From Candidatus Eiseniibacteriota bacterium (GTDB taxonomy: Bacteria > Eisenbacteria > RBG-16-71-46): a DNA stretch of 64,000 nt. Location: the NCBI GenBank assembly GCA_963725865.1, contig CAVSAC010000014.1:288001-352000 (forward strand), read 5' to 3'. Below the pieces are notes generated by a model, which did no database searches, was not told the origin of the DNA, and saw nothing but the letters and a program-made list of their open reading frames with translations. Within the stretch, counting starts at the first letter, position 1. Each line of letters starts with the position of its first letter. Shown piece by piece: positions 63,282-64,000 of the stretch. The position numbers were made by a program, and so were the translations under genes.

Positions 63282-64000
63282 CTACCGCAGCATCACGATC
63301 TTCGAGCGTCGCGAACCGCCGCCGAAGGTCAACCGGACGAAGTACATCCCGCTCGCCACCCGGGCGCCACTGCGATCGCGCCCGTCCCAGGTCACTTCCG
63401 TCGCACCGGCCGGTAGCTCGCGGTCGACGAGCGTGGCGCGGCGCCGGCCCGCGATGTCGTAGACCGCCAGTCGCACCGCCATCCGCGAGGGCAGCTCGAG
63501 CCTCAGACCCACCTCAGGTGCGCCCCACCGCAGGCGCGAGACCGCCATCCGCACTTCGCTGCCCAAGCCCGCACCGTCGCCGACCGCTGCGATCGTCGGG
63601 CAGTAGAGCAGAAAGCTGTCGACCGTCGCGTTTGCGGGCGGAAGCACATCCCTGATATCAACCGAGGCCAACTGATCGTTCCAGGCTGCCAGATACTGCG
63701 TCGAGTTGATCCGCAGGAACTCGCTCGCATGCCAGTCTAGTAGCTCGCCCGGTTGATCTTCAGCCGCATCCAGCAACAACACCGGGTCGGTCCAATTCGT
63801 GGCGACCGTGTCGGCCGGGTCGGCGCTGGGGGTCGTCTCGAAGAAGATCTGATCGTTGTTGACGGTATACGGCATCCACCACTGCCCGTTGCGTCTGAAG
63901 ATGTGCGGCGATTCGACCACCCTCGTGTCTCCCTGGAACGTGGGCCGCTCGGTGCTACTGAACGGATCCTGGAACGCCTGCCACGTGATGAGATCGGAGG
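63282..64000 (-). CDS. C-terminal part of gene B' (paralog of 57215-59299), truncated by the window edge
   Basis: ESPHIFRRNGQWW and WHASEFL match ESPSVFWRNGKWW and WKGSEYL. The tail is VYDIAGRR..WDGRD..SGMYFVRL. Confidence 0.82.
   Translation of the reverse strand, partial: SDLITWQAFQDPFSSTERPTFQGDTRVVESPHIFRRNGQWWMPYTVNNDQIFFETTPSADPADTVATNWTDPVLLLDAAEDQPGELLDWHASEFLRINSTQYLAAWNDQLASVDIRDVLPPANATVDSFLLYCPTIAAVGDGAGLGSEVRMAVSRLRWGAPEVGLRLELPSRMAVRLAVYDIAGRRRATLVDRELPAGATEVTWDGRDRSGARVASGMYFVRLTFGGGSRRSKIVMLR

Overview
High-GC bacterial chromosomal window. By inference it comes from an Eisenbacteria/Latescibacterota-like FCB-group lineage, given the FlgD-Ig/T9SS-like C-termini and the C25 peptidase. 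The core housekeeping blocks are a nucleoside ABC transporter plus PNP, yggS-yggT-DUF167-PNP-dksA/traR-lspA-rluD-rsbW-like-ruvX-mltG, tmRNA, ssb, five tRNAs, pyk, smpB-amidase-GerMN-murI-rph, rdgB and a split transketolase. Two accessory-looking systems lie between them. (1) At ~15.5-31.3 kb a surface-protein locus holds a gingipain/PorU-like C25 peptidase, three PPIase-type foldases, a dockerin-like protein and a tandem array of Cys-rich secreted paralogs. These paralogs end in a conserved [ST]WGxxKxxYR-stop tail, which seven proteins in the window carry and which is a candidate C-terminal sorting signal. (2) At ~54.3-64 kb a tandem cassette array holds diverged pairs of secreted beta-propeller genes, each pair followed by a ~96%-identical orphan 3' fragment of an aminotransferase gene. 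Many ORFs between 16.7 and 31 kb are frameshifted, most likely from assembly indels. No CRISPR array, rRNA, integrase or transposase was seen.
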